Source of the DNA: an uncultured Gemmatimonadales bacterium
GTDB lineage: Bacteria; Gemmatimonadota; Gemmatimonadetes; Longimicrobiales; RSA9
Assembly: GCA_963741945.1 (NCBI GenBank)
Contig: CAVUKA010000004.1
Location: 1-64,000, forward strand
Length of the DNA stretch: 64,000 nt
Direction: 5' to 3'
Part shown: in pieces, positions 9,919 through 18,876 of the stretch
Position numbering within the stretch: position 1 is the stretch's first letter
Layout: each line of letters begins with the position of its first letter
The notes under the pieces: generated by a model
Databases searched by the model: none
Seen by the model: only the letters and a program-made list of their open reading frames with translations
Told to the model about the DNA's origin: nothing
Program-made: the position numbers and the translations under genes

Positions 9919-11469
9919 ATGAGAGCGACGGGGAACCGCGCGTGGCTGTCCCTGCTCGTGGTTGCGGGAGGGCTGGCGCTGGCGTCGTGCGTGGATGAGA
10001 GCGTCACGTACGCGGACCGCGACATCTACGGTCCCGGGGTGGAGGCCGCGGGGGGCTTCATCGGGTACGCCGACCCGTCGAACGACGACAAGCTGACGGT
10101 CTGCGGGTACTGTCACGGGACCGTGCAGTCGGAGTGGGAGGGAACGGCGCACGCGTCGGCGTGGGCGGGGCTGCAGACGAGCGACCACGTCCAGGCGTTC
10201 TGTGAGGGCTGCCACACGGTCAACTCGCTGGGCAACATCGTCCCGGAGGGGCCGGGCGGAGAGCCCGTTGGCGGTCACGCCACGGCGGAGACGTCGAACG
10301 GCCGGTACCTCGATGTGCAATGCGAGAGCTGCCACGGCCCCGGGATCAATCACGCGACGGATCCGAGCAAGGCGAACCGGCCGCTGGCGCCGATCCAGAT
10401 CGAGAGCGACCTGACCCGCGGGTGCGGCGAATGCCACAACGGCGAGCACCACCCCTTCGTGGAAGAGTGGGAGCAGTCGCCGCACGCCCGCGTCAACCCG
10501 GCGGCGGCCACGGATCAGGAGGACGGGTGCGCGTCGTGCCACACGGGCGAGGGTGCGCTGCTGCGCCTGGGCGTCACGGCGAACTACCTGGAGAAGGACT
10601 CGCTGCTCGCGAGTGATGAGGCCTACGCCCAGATCACGTGCGCGGTGTGTCACGATCCGCACGAGACCACGAACGAGAAGCAGCTCCGCTTCCCGATCCG
10701 GTCCGCCACCGTGGACGACCACCTGTGCGCCCAGTGCCATGACCGCCAGGCGCAGCCGAGCCCGGCCGCGACGAACTTCTTCGAGTTCCGCCCGCACTCG
10801 CCGGAAACGGCGGAGCTGAAGGGTACCGCGGGCTACTTCCCGGCGACCACGTCGATCACGCCCGGCACCATCACGGGCCCTCACGGGATCTCGAACAACG
10901 AGAAGCTCTGCGCCGCCTGCCACGTGGTCCCATACACGGTGGAGGACCCGAGCTCGGGGCAGACGTTCACGTCCACCGGCCACGGGTTCCGGGCTGCTCC
11001 CTGCGTAGGGCCCAACGGACTCCCCTCCGGGGAGACCGACTGCCCGCTCACGACCACCGCCCGCAGCTTCAAGGGGTGCGCCACGGGCGAGTGCCACGCC
11101 AGCGAGGCCGATGCGCAGGCCACGCTCGTTGCGGCCATTGAACGGGTGCTCCCGCTGGTCACGGCGCTCAACAGCCGGCTGAGTCAGATCGATCCCAACA
11201 TGGAAGCGCCCGGGGGCGCCATCGATCCCACGGACGGCGTGCTCACGGTGGCGGACGGCGCGTACTTCAACCTCGCGCTCGCGCTCTATCCGGGAAGCAT
11301 CGGGCCGACCACGTCGACGGCGACGATCCGTCGGTATCTGGCTCCGGCGGTCACGCACAACGCGCCGCTGATCGAAGCGCTGCTGCAGGCCAGCCTGGAC
11401 GCCCTGGACGCGAAGTACGGCGCCGCCGGCGGCGCGGCCGCGCGGCCCACGTCCGCAAGCGACCGGTGA
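9919..11469 (+). CDS. Multiheme c-type cytochrome lipoprotein (8 CxxCH + 1 CX4CH)
   Basis: ATG 9919 and lipobox LASC. Motifs CGYCH, CEGCH, CESCH, CGECH, CASCH, CAVCH, CAQCH, CAACH and atypical CATGECH; WxxS/TxHA motifs of c554-type multiheme domains. Confidence 0.93.
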   Translation: MRATGNRAWLSLLVVAGGLALASCVDESVTYADRDIYGPGVEAAGGFIGYADPSNDDKLTVCGYCHGTVQSEWEGTAHASAWAGLQTSDHVQAFCEGCHTVNSLGNIVPEGPGGEPVGGHATAETSNGRYLDVQCESCHGPGINHATDPSKANRPLAPIQIESDLTRGCGECHNGEHHPFVEEWEQSPHARVNPAAATDQEDGCASCHTGEGALLRLGVTANYLEKDSLLASDEAYAQITCAVCHDPHETTNEKQLRFPIRSATVDDHLCAQCHDRQAQPSPAATNFFEFRPHSPETAELKGTAGYFPATTSITPGTITGPHGISNNEKLCAACHVVPYTVEDPSSGQTFTSTGHGFRAAPCVGPNGLPSGETDCPLTTTARSFKGCATGECHASEADAQATLVAAIERVLPLVTALNSRLSQIDPNMEAPGGAIDPTDGVLTVADGAYFNLALALYPGSIGPTTSTATIRRYLAPAVTHNAPLIEALLQASLDALDAKYGAAGGAAARPTSASDR

Positions 11470-12977
11470 GGCGCGAGCTCATGCGATCGACCCACCGGGA
11501 TCGGCGCCGGCGAGGCGACCGGGCCGGCGTCCTGCTCGGCGCCGCACTGGCCCTGCTCGTGGCGTGGCCCGCCGCAGCGCAGGGCGTGCGCGGGACCGCC
11601 ACCACCACGTTGCGATACCTGACGCTCCGGCCGATCCAGTCGGACACCGTGGACGTGCTGGACATCACCGCCCAGGACGGTCGGCTGATGTTCGGCGACC
11701 AGCCCGTGATCTGCCTACCGGGCGGTCAGCAGTGCGTCTACTACACGCCGCGGGACGTGGCGCACGCCATGGTGGGCACGCAGGACATCTCCGCCACGGC
11801 GTGGGGACTGGGGATGCGGGGGCTGAGCGCCACCTTCCTGCTGCGCGGCCGGGCGGACCTGGGTGGCGAGCTCACCTGGCCCACGTCCGACGACCCGTTC
11901 GATGCCATTCTCGCCTACGCCGAGCTCCAGAAGTCCGGCTATCGCGTGCGCGCCGGCCGGCAGCGGACGCTCTCCGGACTGGGCTTCTCCGGCTACGACG
12001 GGCTCGATGTGCTCGTCCAGCCAGTGCGCGCGCTGCGCCTCGAGGCCTACGGCGGCCGGAGCCTGGCCCGCGGGCTGAACGACCCGGCCAGCGAGGCGCT
12101 CCAGGGGATCGAGGACTTCGTTCGGGACCAGCAGGCGTACCTGGTGGGCGGAGCCATCGAGGCCTCTCCCGCCGTCGGCACGTCGCTCGGGCTGCGCTAC
12201 CAGCGCGAGATCTGGGCGGACCGCGCCGGCCTTCTCTCGGAGCGGGCATCGCTGGATTTCCGCTCCACTCTCCCGCGGCCCCTCTCCCGCGTCCACATGG
12301 TCGGCTCCGTCGACTACGACTTCGCGTTCGCGCGCGTCGGCAAGGCGCGGCTCAGCCTCCGCTCCCCGCTACCGGACGACTGGGGCTGGGTGGAGCTCAC
12401 CGGGCGCCGGTACCTGCCCTACTTCGACCTGTCGACCATCTGGGGGTTCTTCTCGCCGACCCCGTACCACGAGGGGGAGGTGGGCCTGACGGTGCGCCAC
12501 TGGCAGCCGCTCACGGCATGGGTGACCGCGGGTGTCCGGGAATACGGCGATCCCGAGATCTCCGTCATCGGACCGCCCATCGCGGACCGTTCCCAGCGCT
12601 ACACCCTCGGCGCGAGGCTGCGGGCGGGGACGCTGACCGCGTCGGGCGAGTACCGGCTGGAGACGGGATTCGGAGCCGTGCTGAACTCGGGCGACGCCAT
12701 GGTCCGGTGGACGGCGGCGCCCGGCGTCGCATTCACGGTGCGCGGCACGGCGTTCCAGCAGATCGAAGAGTTCCGGGTGGGAGACAACGTCGTGCTCGGC
12801 GGCGGACTCGGCGCCGAGGTCGCTCTGCCGGGCGACGCGCGGCTGAGCGCGGGCGCGGACGTCTACCGGCAGACCTGGGACAACCGTCCGAGCCAGGCCG
12901 ACTGGAACCAGATCCGGGCCTACTCGATCCTATCGATCCCGTTCGGCAGTGACCCGGGTCTGAGGGGGCGGCGATGA
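11466..12977 (+). CDS. Putative outer-membrane beta-barrel (porin) of a cytochrome conduit
   Basis: Signal peptide ending WPAAA-QG; many alternating amphipathic strands rich in aromatics and Gly (YRVRAGRQR, LRLEAYGGR, SLGLRYQRE, LTASGEYRLE, LSAGADVYRQ); no heme motifs. Overlaps both cytochrome genes by 4 nt. Alternative start ATG 11481. Confidence 0.7.
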   Translation: MRRELMRSTHRDRRRRGDRAGVLLGAALALLVAWPAAAQGVRGTATTTLRYLTLRPIQSDTVDVLDITAQDGRLMFGDQPVICLPGGQQCVYYTPRDVAHAMVGTQDISATAWGLGMRGLSATFLLRGRADLGGELTWPTSDDPFDAILAYAELQKSGYRVRAGRQRTLSGLGFSGYDGLDVLVQPVRALRLEAYGGRSLARGLNDPASEALQGIEDFVRDQQAYLVGGAIEASPAVGTSLGLRYQREIWADRAGLLSERASLDFRSTLPRPLSRVHMVGSVDYDFAFARVGKARLSLRSPLPDDWGWVELTGRRYLPYFDLSTIWGFFSPTPYHEGEVGLTVRHWQPLTAWVTAGVREYGDPEISVIGPPIADRSQRYTLGARLRAGTLTASGEYRLETGFGAVLNSGDAMVRWTAAPGVAFTVRGTAFQQIEEFRVGDNVVLGGGLGAEVALPGDARLSAGADVYRQTWDNRPSQADWNQIRAYSILSIPFGSDPGLRGRR

Positions 12978-14422
12978 GGGGGAAGTGGGGGCTCTGGGGT
13001 GCGGCACTCGTCGCCGTGGTCCTCCTGATCGTGGCGGTGTCCGCCCGCGCGGGCGAGCAGCCCGCGTTCCCGCACGAGCGCCACGCGCGCCTGTTCCCGC
13101 TCTGCACCGGCTGTCATCAGGGAGTCCCGGACGGCGACACCGCCGCCTTCTACCCCCCTGCGACCCTGTGCGCGCGCTGTCATGATGGCGTGCACCGTGA
13201 CAGCGTGAACTGGTCACCGCCCGTCGTGCGCCCCACGGTCCCGCTGAAGTTCGCCCACCCGACCCACATGGGCGCGCTGAGCGCCGCGGGCGACACGGCA
13301 CTCGAGTGCTCGACCTGCCACGTCCCCGAGGGCGCCGGCCGCATGGCCGTGGCCCCGGAGCCGGTGCTCACGGCGTGCTTCTCCTGCCACGGGCACCCGG
13401 CCGCCCAGCACTTCGTCGACGCGGAGTGCCGGACCTGCCACGTGGAATCCGTGGAGCACCCGGACGTGGGCGAGTGGCTGGCGACGCTGCCCTATCCGGC
13501 GGACCACGTCACCAGCGAGTTCCTCCGCGGCGAGCACGGCCGTCTGGCGCAGGCGCGCCCCGAACGGTGCGCCACGTGCCACACGCAGGAGCGGTGCACG
13601 AGCTGCCACGTCAACGCGGAGAGCGTGCCCGCGATCGCGGCCATGCCGGCAACGCCGCCATCGGTGAAGCTGCCCCGCTACGCGGCCCATTATTTCATCC
13701 CGCCGTCGCACTCGGCCACGGACTTCCTGGACACGCACGGCGGGATCGCGTCTGTGGAGGCGTGCTCGACGTGTCACACGCAGAACGACTGCGTGGCCTG
13801 CCACGCGGCGCAGCCGCCGGCAGAGGTGGCCGCCATGCCCAGGGCCGAGGACGTGCGGGCGCCGGGAGTGCTCCTCCAGCCGCAGCCGCCATCGAGCCAT
13901 CGCGTCGCTTCGTTCACCACGAAGCACGGAGCGCTGGCCGCGGCGGATCCGTCATCGTGCAGCTCGTGCCATACCCGCACCATGTGCTCGGACTGCCACG
14001 AGGCCGCCGCGGTCAAGGTGGTGCTGCCGCAGGACCTGGCGGGACCGCGCTTCCACCCTGACAACTTCATGGCACAGCACTCGGCCATGGCCTATGGTCG
14101 TGAGCTGGAGTGCGCCAGCTGCCACAACGTGGCTGCGTTCTGCCGGGATTGCCACGAGCAGGCGGGCCTCGGCACGAGCGGCCGCCTGGACGCGTCCTTC
14201 CACGACGCGGAGCCGAACTGGCTGCTCCGACACGGACAGCCGGCGAGGCAGGGACTGGAATCGTGCGCCGCGTGCCACGAGCAGTCGGACTGCCTGCAAT
14301 GCCACTCGGAAACGGGCTCGTTCAGTGTCAGCCCGCACGGCAGGGACTTCGACCCGAAGCGGGCGAAGGCGAAGAACCCGGCCATCTGTCTCGCGTGTCA
14401 CGTCAAGGAGCCGGTCGGCTGA
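12974..14422 (+). CDS. Secreted 16-heme c-type cytochrome
   Basis: Sec signal ending SARA; 16 CxxCH motifs counted in 482 aa; c3/c7-like FPHERH and FAHPTH distal-His motifs. Confidence 0.95.
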   Translation: MRGKWGLWGAALVAVVLLIVAVSARAGEQPAFPHERHARLFPLCTGCHQGVPDGDTAAFYPPATLCARCHDGVHRDSVNWSPPVVRPTVPLKFAHPTHMGALSAAGDTALECSTCHVPEGAGRMAVAPEPVLTACFSCHGHPAAQHFVDAECRTCHVESVEHPDVGEWLATLPYPADHVTSEFLRGEHGRLAQARPERCATCHTQERCTSCHVNAESVPAIAAMPATPPSVKLPRYAAHYFIPPSHSATDFLDTHGGIASVEACSTCHTQNDCVACHAAQPPAEVAAMPRAEDVRAPGVLLQPQPPSSHRVASFTTKHGALAAADPSSCSSCHTRTMCSDCHEAAAVKVVLPQDLAGPRFHPDNFMAQHSAMAYGRELECASCHNVAAFCRDCHEQAGLGTSGRLDASFHDAEPNWLLRHGQPARQGLESCAACHEQSDCLQCHSETGSFSVSPHGRDFDPKRAKAKNPAICLACHVKEPVG

Positions 14423-14452
14423 CCGGGAACCAATTCAAAAGGAGCAGGAATC

Positions 14453-14887
14453 GTGAAGTACAAGCGCTGGATCGTCGCCGCGACCGTGGTCACACTGGTG
14501 GCGTGCGGGGGCGAAGAGGCGGGCGAGAAGCGGCCGCTGAGTGAGGAACAACCGCAGGCGGAGCAGCAGACTGCCCGTGCCGGCTGGCCGGAGGGGCTGG
14601 GAGACGCAGTGGACGCGGCGAACGCCGCCTACCGCGCCGGGGACTACCAGGTCGCGGCCGCGCAGTACCGGCAGCTGACGCAGGACCATCCGGAGATCGG
14701 GACGGTCTGGTTCGGCCTCTACATGGCCGAGAACAAGCTTGGGAACAAGGCCGCGGCGGATTCCGCCCTGGCGCGCTCCAACGAGCTGAGCCCGGGGCTG
14801 GCCACGACCCACGAGGCCGCCACGGACACCACGCCGATCCACCAGGGGATGGGGATGCCCCAGTCGCACCCGCCCATCGACCAGTAG
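14453..14887 (+). CDS. TPR-like lipoprotein with C-terminal MPxxHPP motif
   Basis: SD AAGGAG, GTG start, lipobox LVAC; TPR-like ANAAYRAGDYQVAAAQYRQL...VWFGLYMA; tail IHQGMGMPQSHPPID. Confidence 0.75.
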   Translation: MKYKRWIVAATVVTLVACGGEEAGEKRPLSEEQPQAEQQTARAGWPEGLGDAVDAANAAYRAGDYQVAAAQYRQLTQDHPEIGTVWFGLYMAENKLGNKAAADSALARSNELSPGLATTHEAATDTTPIHQGMGMPQSHPPIDQ

Positions 14888-14941
14888 CCGCGGCGGCGGC
14901 CGGACGCCGGCGCGTCCGGCTGGCGCGACGACCACACGGGA

Positions 14942-14974
14942 GCGGACCCGAGCCATCGAGGCCGGGTCCGTTTT
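14942..14974 (+). terminator. Intrinsic terminator of the cytochrome operon
   Basis: Stem GCGGACCCG ... CGGGTCCGT followed by a short T run, between convergent genes. Confidence 0.6.
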
Positions 14975-14995
14975 CGCGTCCCTATCCCGCCGTGG

Positions 14996-15349
14996 TCATC
15001 CGCCTCGGCGGGCCAGCATCGGGCCGAGCGGCTTACCGCCCAGGATGTGCATGTGCAGGTGCATCACTTCCTGACCAGCGTCGCCGTGCGTGTTCACGAT
15101 CAGCCGGAAGCCATCCTCCGCCACCCCCGCTTCCTCGGCGATCCGCCGGGCCACGGTGAACATCCGGCCGAGCGCGGCCTCGTGGTCCGGGCCCACTTCC
15201 GCCACCGACGGGACGGGCTCGTTCGGCACGACCAGGACGTGTACCGGCGCCTGCGGGTTGACGTCCCGGAACGCGGTCACCAGATCGTCCCGGTAAAGCA
15301 CGTCCGCTTCGATCTCGCCCCGCACGATCTTCCCGAAAATCGTGTCCAT
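14996..15349 (-). CDS. hinT: Histidine triad (HIT) nucleotide-binding protein
   Basis: MDTIFGKIV, AFRDVNPQAPVHVLVVP, AGQEVMHLHMHILGG; SD GGAGG. Confidence 0.93.
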   Translation of the reverse strand: MDTIFGKIVRGEIEADVLYRDDLVTAFRDVNPQAPVHVLVVPNEPVPSVAEVGPDHEAALGRMFTVARRIAEEAGVAEDGFRLIVNTHGDAGQEVMHLHMHILGGKPLGPMLARRGG

Positions 15350-15462
15350 CGCCACCTCCGCGCTGCGATTGGCATCCACAGTCCACCGCGCCCCAAGCTA
15401 CGGCCGTGCGCACCACCCGTCACCGGGGTGCCGCTGCCCGCGGCGCCGGCGGGCTGCTGGCT

Positions 15463-15491
15463 TTGACGCGCGGCCTTCCGCGGCCTAGCTT
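15463..15491 (+). promoter_or_regulatory. Sigma-70-type promoter TTGACG-N17-TAGCTT
   Basis: Exact 17-nt spacing; ATG only 9 nt downstream with no SD. Confidence 0.6.
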
Positions 15492-15500
15492 CTCGCCGCC

Positions 15501-16652
15501 ATGGACTGGACGAGCTGGCGCGGCGAGTTCCCGATCCTCGACCGCACGACCTATCTGAACTCCTGCTCACTCGGCGCCCTGTCCCGGGCTGCCGAGCGGC
15601 GCCTCACCACGTTCCTCCACGAGTGGCACCAGCTCGGAGCTTCCGCCTGGTACGAGATCTGGATGGGCCGCCTGGCGGAGCTCCGCGGGCGGGTGGCGGC
15701 CACGCTGGGCGCCGCCGACCACGAGATCGCGCTTTCCGCTTCGGTTTCCGCCGCACTCTCGGTGGTGGCATCCGCCGTCGACTTCGGCCGCCGCCGTCGC
15801 GTGGTCTGCTCCGAGCTGGATTTCCCGACGCTCGCCTACCAGTGGATGGCCCGGCCGGAGCTGCAGGTGATACGCGTGCGCTCGGACGATGGCGCCACCA
15901 TCGACCTCCAGCGCTGGGAGGAGGCCGTCGATGATGACACGGCCGTCGTCGCCACCAGCCACGTCTTCTTCACCACCGGCGCCATCCAGGACCTGAAAGC
16001 CATCGCCGACATCGCCCACCGCCACGGTGCACTGTTCCTGGTGGACGCGTATCAGAGCGTTGGCCAACTGCCCGTCGACGTCCGGGCCGCGGACGTGGAC
16101 GTCCTCATCACCGGCCCTCTCAAGTGGCTCCTGGGCGGCCCCGGGCTGGCGTACATGTTCGTGCGCGAGGGGCTCCTGCCCGACCTCGTCCCCACCACCG
16201 CCGGGTGGTGGGGCGCCGCCGAACAGTTCGATTTCGACATCCACCACTTCGCTTTCAGGCCGGACGCCCGCCGATTCGAGATGGGGACGCCCGCGCTGCA
16301 CACCGTGCACACGGCGCTGGGTGGTCAGGAGATCGTGGACGCGATCGGGGTTCCGCAGATCCGCGAGCGGAACGCTGCGCTCACGGAGCGGCTGATCACG
16401 AACGCCCGGGGCGCCGGCTTCGAGCTGCGCATGGCACCGGATCCTGCGGCACGATCGGCCATCGTCATGATCGCCCACGACCACCCGCACGCCGCTGTGG
16501 AGGAGCTGTCCGCCCAGGACATCATCGTGGACGCCCGGCCCGGGCATGTCCGCGTGTCTCCCCACTTCTACAACACGGAGGACGAGGTGGACCGTGTGGT
16601 GGAGGCGCTGTCGCTGCAGCGGGAACGGGGCCGCGGCGGGACGCGCCAATGA
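15501..16652 (+). CDS. Class-V fold PLP enzyme (kynureninase/cysteine desulfurase-like)
   Basis: YLNSCSLG, DFPT, SHVFFTTG, DAYQSVG, GPLKWLLGGPG (PLP Lys), RRFEMGTP, RVSPHFYN. Confidence 0.9.
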   Translation: MDWTSWRGEFPILDRTTYLNSCSLGALSRAAERRLTTFLHEWHQLGASAWYEIWMGRLAELRGRVAATLGAADHEIALSASVSAALSVVASAVDFGRRRRVVCSELDFPTLAYQWMARPELQVIRVRSDDGATIDLQRWEEAVDDDTAVVATSHVFFTTGAIQDLKAIADIAHRHGALFLVDAYQSVGQLPVDVRAADVDVLITGPLKWLLGGPGLAYMFVREGLLPDLVPTTAGWWGAAEQFDFDIHHFAFRPDARRFEMGTPALHTVHTALGGQEIVDAIGVPQIRERNAALTERLITNARGAGFELRMAPDPAARSAIVMIAHDHPHAAVEELSAQDIIVDARPGHVRVSPHFYNTEDEVDRVVEALSLQRERGRGGTRQ

Positions 16653-17026
16653 CGGCGCCGACGCCGGACACCTCCGATACCGGCGCGCCGCTGACGCTCC
16701 GGGACGCGCAGCAGGCCGTGGACGCCTGGATCTCCCGTTTCGAGGAAGGCTACTGGCCGCCGCTGGCCAACCTGGCACGTCTCATCGAGGAAGTGGGGGA
16801 GCTGGCGCGGGAGATCAACCACCGCTACGGGAGCAAGCCGAAAAAGCGCGACGAGCCCGAAGCGGACCTCGCGCTGGAGATCGCGGACGTACTGTTCGTC
16901 CTGGTGGCCATCGCCAACGAGCAGGGGATCGACCTCGAGCAGGCCTTCGCACGCGTTCTCGAGAAGTATGAAGTGCGCGACGCCGGACGCTGGACGCAAC
17001 GGGCGCCCGGGCCGCACCCTGGCTGA
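16649..17026 (+). CDS. MazG-like nucleotide pyrophosphohydrolase (YpjD-like)
   Basis: ATG overlaps the previous stop; YWPPLANLARLIEEVGELAREINH...EIADVLF...KYEVRDAGRW. Confidence 0.9.
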   Translation: MTAPTPDTSDTGAPLTLRDAQQAVDAWISRFEEGYWPPLANLARLIEEVGELAREINHRYGSKPKKRDEPEADLALEIADVLFVLVAIANEQGIDLEQAFARVLEKYEVRDAGRWTQRAPGPHPG

Positions 17027-17058
17027 GGCCGGCCCGGGTCCCAACGCTCCCCCACCAC

Positions 17059-17628
17059 TCAGTCGTCACGCCAGCGCCTGAAGCAGTACCATGCGGCGAT
17101 CCCGTACGCGTCGCGGAAGTCACCCCGGTCCAGCATCCGGTCGATCTCCTCCTCCGCCACGATCCGATGCCGCAGGTGCTCCCGGCGATCTTCGTTCTTC
17201 GTACCCCTGGGCCGGCTCCCCCGCACCACTACGATGCTCAGCGCGTTGTTCTGGAGTGCCGCGTTCGGCGCCATGTCGCCGATCACCTCGGCGCCGTCAC
17301 CGCAATGCCCGGTCTCCTCCTCCAGCTCCCGCACTGCCGCAGCCACCGCGCTCTCCCCCGGTTCGACGACCCCCGCGGGGAACTCCAGCGTCACGGCGCG
17401 CGTGCCCGGACGGAACTGCTCCACCATGACCAGGCGACCCTCGGGCGTGAGCGGGATGATCTGGACCCAGTCCGGCATGTCCAGGACATAGAAGTCCTGC
17501 AGACTCCCGTCCCCCGGCGATCGACACCAGTCCCGCCGGACGCGGAAGATTCGGAAGTCGCCGGCGGGATCCGACCGCTCCAGTGGCCAGGCCAGCGCTT
17601 CGTCCTCTTCCTCGCGTCCATCGGCCAC
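17059..17628 (-). CDS. Nudix hydrolase (ADP-ribose pyrophosphatase-like)
   Basis: VEQFRPG...LEFPAGVVEPGESAVAAAVRELEEETG Nudix box. Confidence 0.92.
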   Translation of the reverse strand: MADGREEEDEALAWPLERSDPAGDFRIFRVRRDWCRSPGDGSLQDFYVLDMPDWVQIIPLTPEGRLVMVEQFRPGTRAVTLEFPAGVVEPGESAVAAAVRELEEETGHCGDGAEVIGDMAPNAALQNNALSIVVVRGSRPRGTKNEDRREHLRHRIVAEEEIDRMLDRGDFRDAYGIAAWYCFRRWRDD

Positions 17629-17629
17629 G

Positions 17630-17773
17630 TCAGAACAGGAACGAGAGCACCAGGATGACGATCCCGATCACCAGGATCAGCCACGCGGCCGAGCGCAGTG
17701 CCGCGAACAGGCCGGAAAACCCGAGCAGTGCCACCAGGATGACGATGATGGCGATGATGAGCAGCAGATTCAT
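17630..17773 (-). CDS. Small two-TM membrane protein (47 aa)
   Basis: MNLLLIIAIIVILVALLGFSGLFAALRSAAWLILVIGIVILVLSFLF; GC3-rich codons; resembles DUF1328-type small proteins. Confidence 0.7.
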   Translation of the reverse strand: MNLLLIIAIIVILVALLGFSGLFAALRSAAWLILVIGIVILVLSFLF

Positions 17774-17853
17774 GTGACCCCCAAGTGAAGGTTTAGGGCA
17801 CTCCGGGGCACGTTCCGTACCACGCGCCCGCTCCCGAGCGTGCGCCGAGCGGA

Positions 17854-18876
17854 CTACGGGACCAGCACGATGTTGCCGAACGCCTTCCCTGCCTCCAGAC
17901 GGGCATGAGCGTCCGCAGCCCGGTCCAGGGGCCAGGCCACATCGACGACCGGACTCAGCTCGCCGGAGAAGAGGTGGTCCATGACGGTGCGGAACTCGGC
18001 GGGAGTGGACATGGTGGTGCCCAGGATCTCCAGCTGACGCCAGAAGAGCGTGCGGATGTCGAGCGTACCCTCGGCCCCCGTGGTCGCCCCGTACACCACC
18101 ATCCGGCCGCGCTTCGCCAGCGCGCGCGCGTTCTGCTTGAACGTCGCTGCGCCTACGGAGTCGAAGATGACGTCCACGCCGCGCTTGCCCGTGGCGGCCC
18201 AGAGGTCCCGGCCGTAGTCGCCGTCGAGGCGGTCGAACACGCGGTCGGCGCCGAGCTGAGCGACACGCTCCACCCATGGCGACGACGTGACCGCGAACAC
18301 CGTGGCGCCCAGCAGCTTCGCGATCTGGATCGCGGCAGTTCCCACGCCGCCCGACGCTGCCGTGATGAGCACGCTCTCGTTCGCCGTCAGGCGCCCCCGC
18401 GTGACCAGTCCTCGCCAGGCCGTGAGGAACACGAGTGGCGCTGCGGCGGCCCGCTCGAACGGGACGTGATCCGGGATCCGGTACAGGTTGCCAGCGGGGA
18501 CGACCACGTACTCGGCGAAGCCGCCCTGCGTGTGCTCGCCCAGGATCCTGAACTCGTCGCAGAGCGGCTCCTCGCCCTCCAGGCACCACGCGCAGCTCCC
18601 GCATGAGAGCGTAGGGTTGACCACCACGCGCTCGCCGCCCCGCCAATCGCTCACGCCCGCGCCCACCGCGTCCACCGTACCGGCCACATCCGATCCTCCG
18701 ATGTGCGGCATGGTGGTCTCCACGGGAAGGCCGCGGCGAACCCACAGGTCCAGGTGGTTCATCCCGCTGGCACCGACCCGGATCCGCACCTCGCCCGGTC
18801 CGGGGACCGGACTCTCCACCTCCCGCACCTGCACGACGGCCGGGCCGCCGTGGTCATCGAAGATCGCCGCTCGCAT
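17854..18876 (-). CDS. Zinc-binding MDR family oxidoreductase
   Basis: MRAAIFDDHGGP, MNHLDLWVRRG, CGSCAWC...C structural Zn site, AASGGVG; SD GGAGGAGG. Confidence 0.92.
   Translation of the reverse strand: MRAAIFDDHGGPAVVQVREVESPVPGPGEVRIRVGASGMNHLDLWVRRGLPVETTMPHIGGSDVAGTVDAVGAGVSDWRGGERVVVNPTLSCGSCAWCLEGEEPLCDEFRILGEHTQGGFAEYVVVPAGNLYRIPDHVPFERAAAAPLVFLTAWRGLVTRGRLTANESVLITAASGGVGTAAIQIAKLLGATVFAVTSSPWVERVAQLGADRVFDRLDGDYGRDLWAATGKRGVDVIFDSVGAATFKQNARALAKRGRMVVYGATTGAEGTLDIRTLFWRQLEILGTTMSTPAEFRTVMDHLFSGELSPVVDVAWPLDRAADAHARLEAGKAFGNIVLVP

Noticed and set aside
9919-11469. Lipoprotein cytochrome as NrfA, octaheme nitrite reductase or hydroxylamine oxidoreductase
   Set aside because: No CxxCK catalytic motif, and the context is a beta-barrel plus a 16-heme protein rather than NrfH or cytochrome c554/cM552. 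An enzymatic role cannot be fully excluded without a search.
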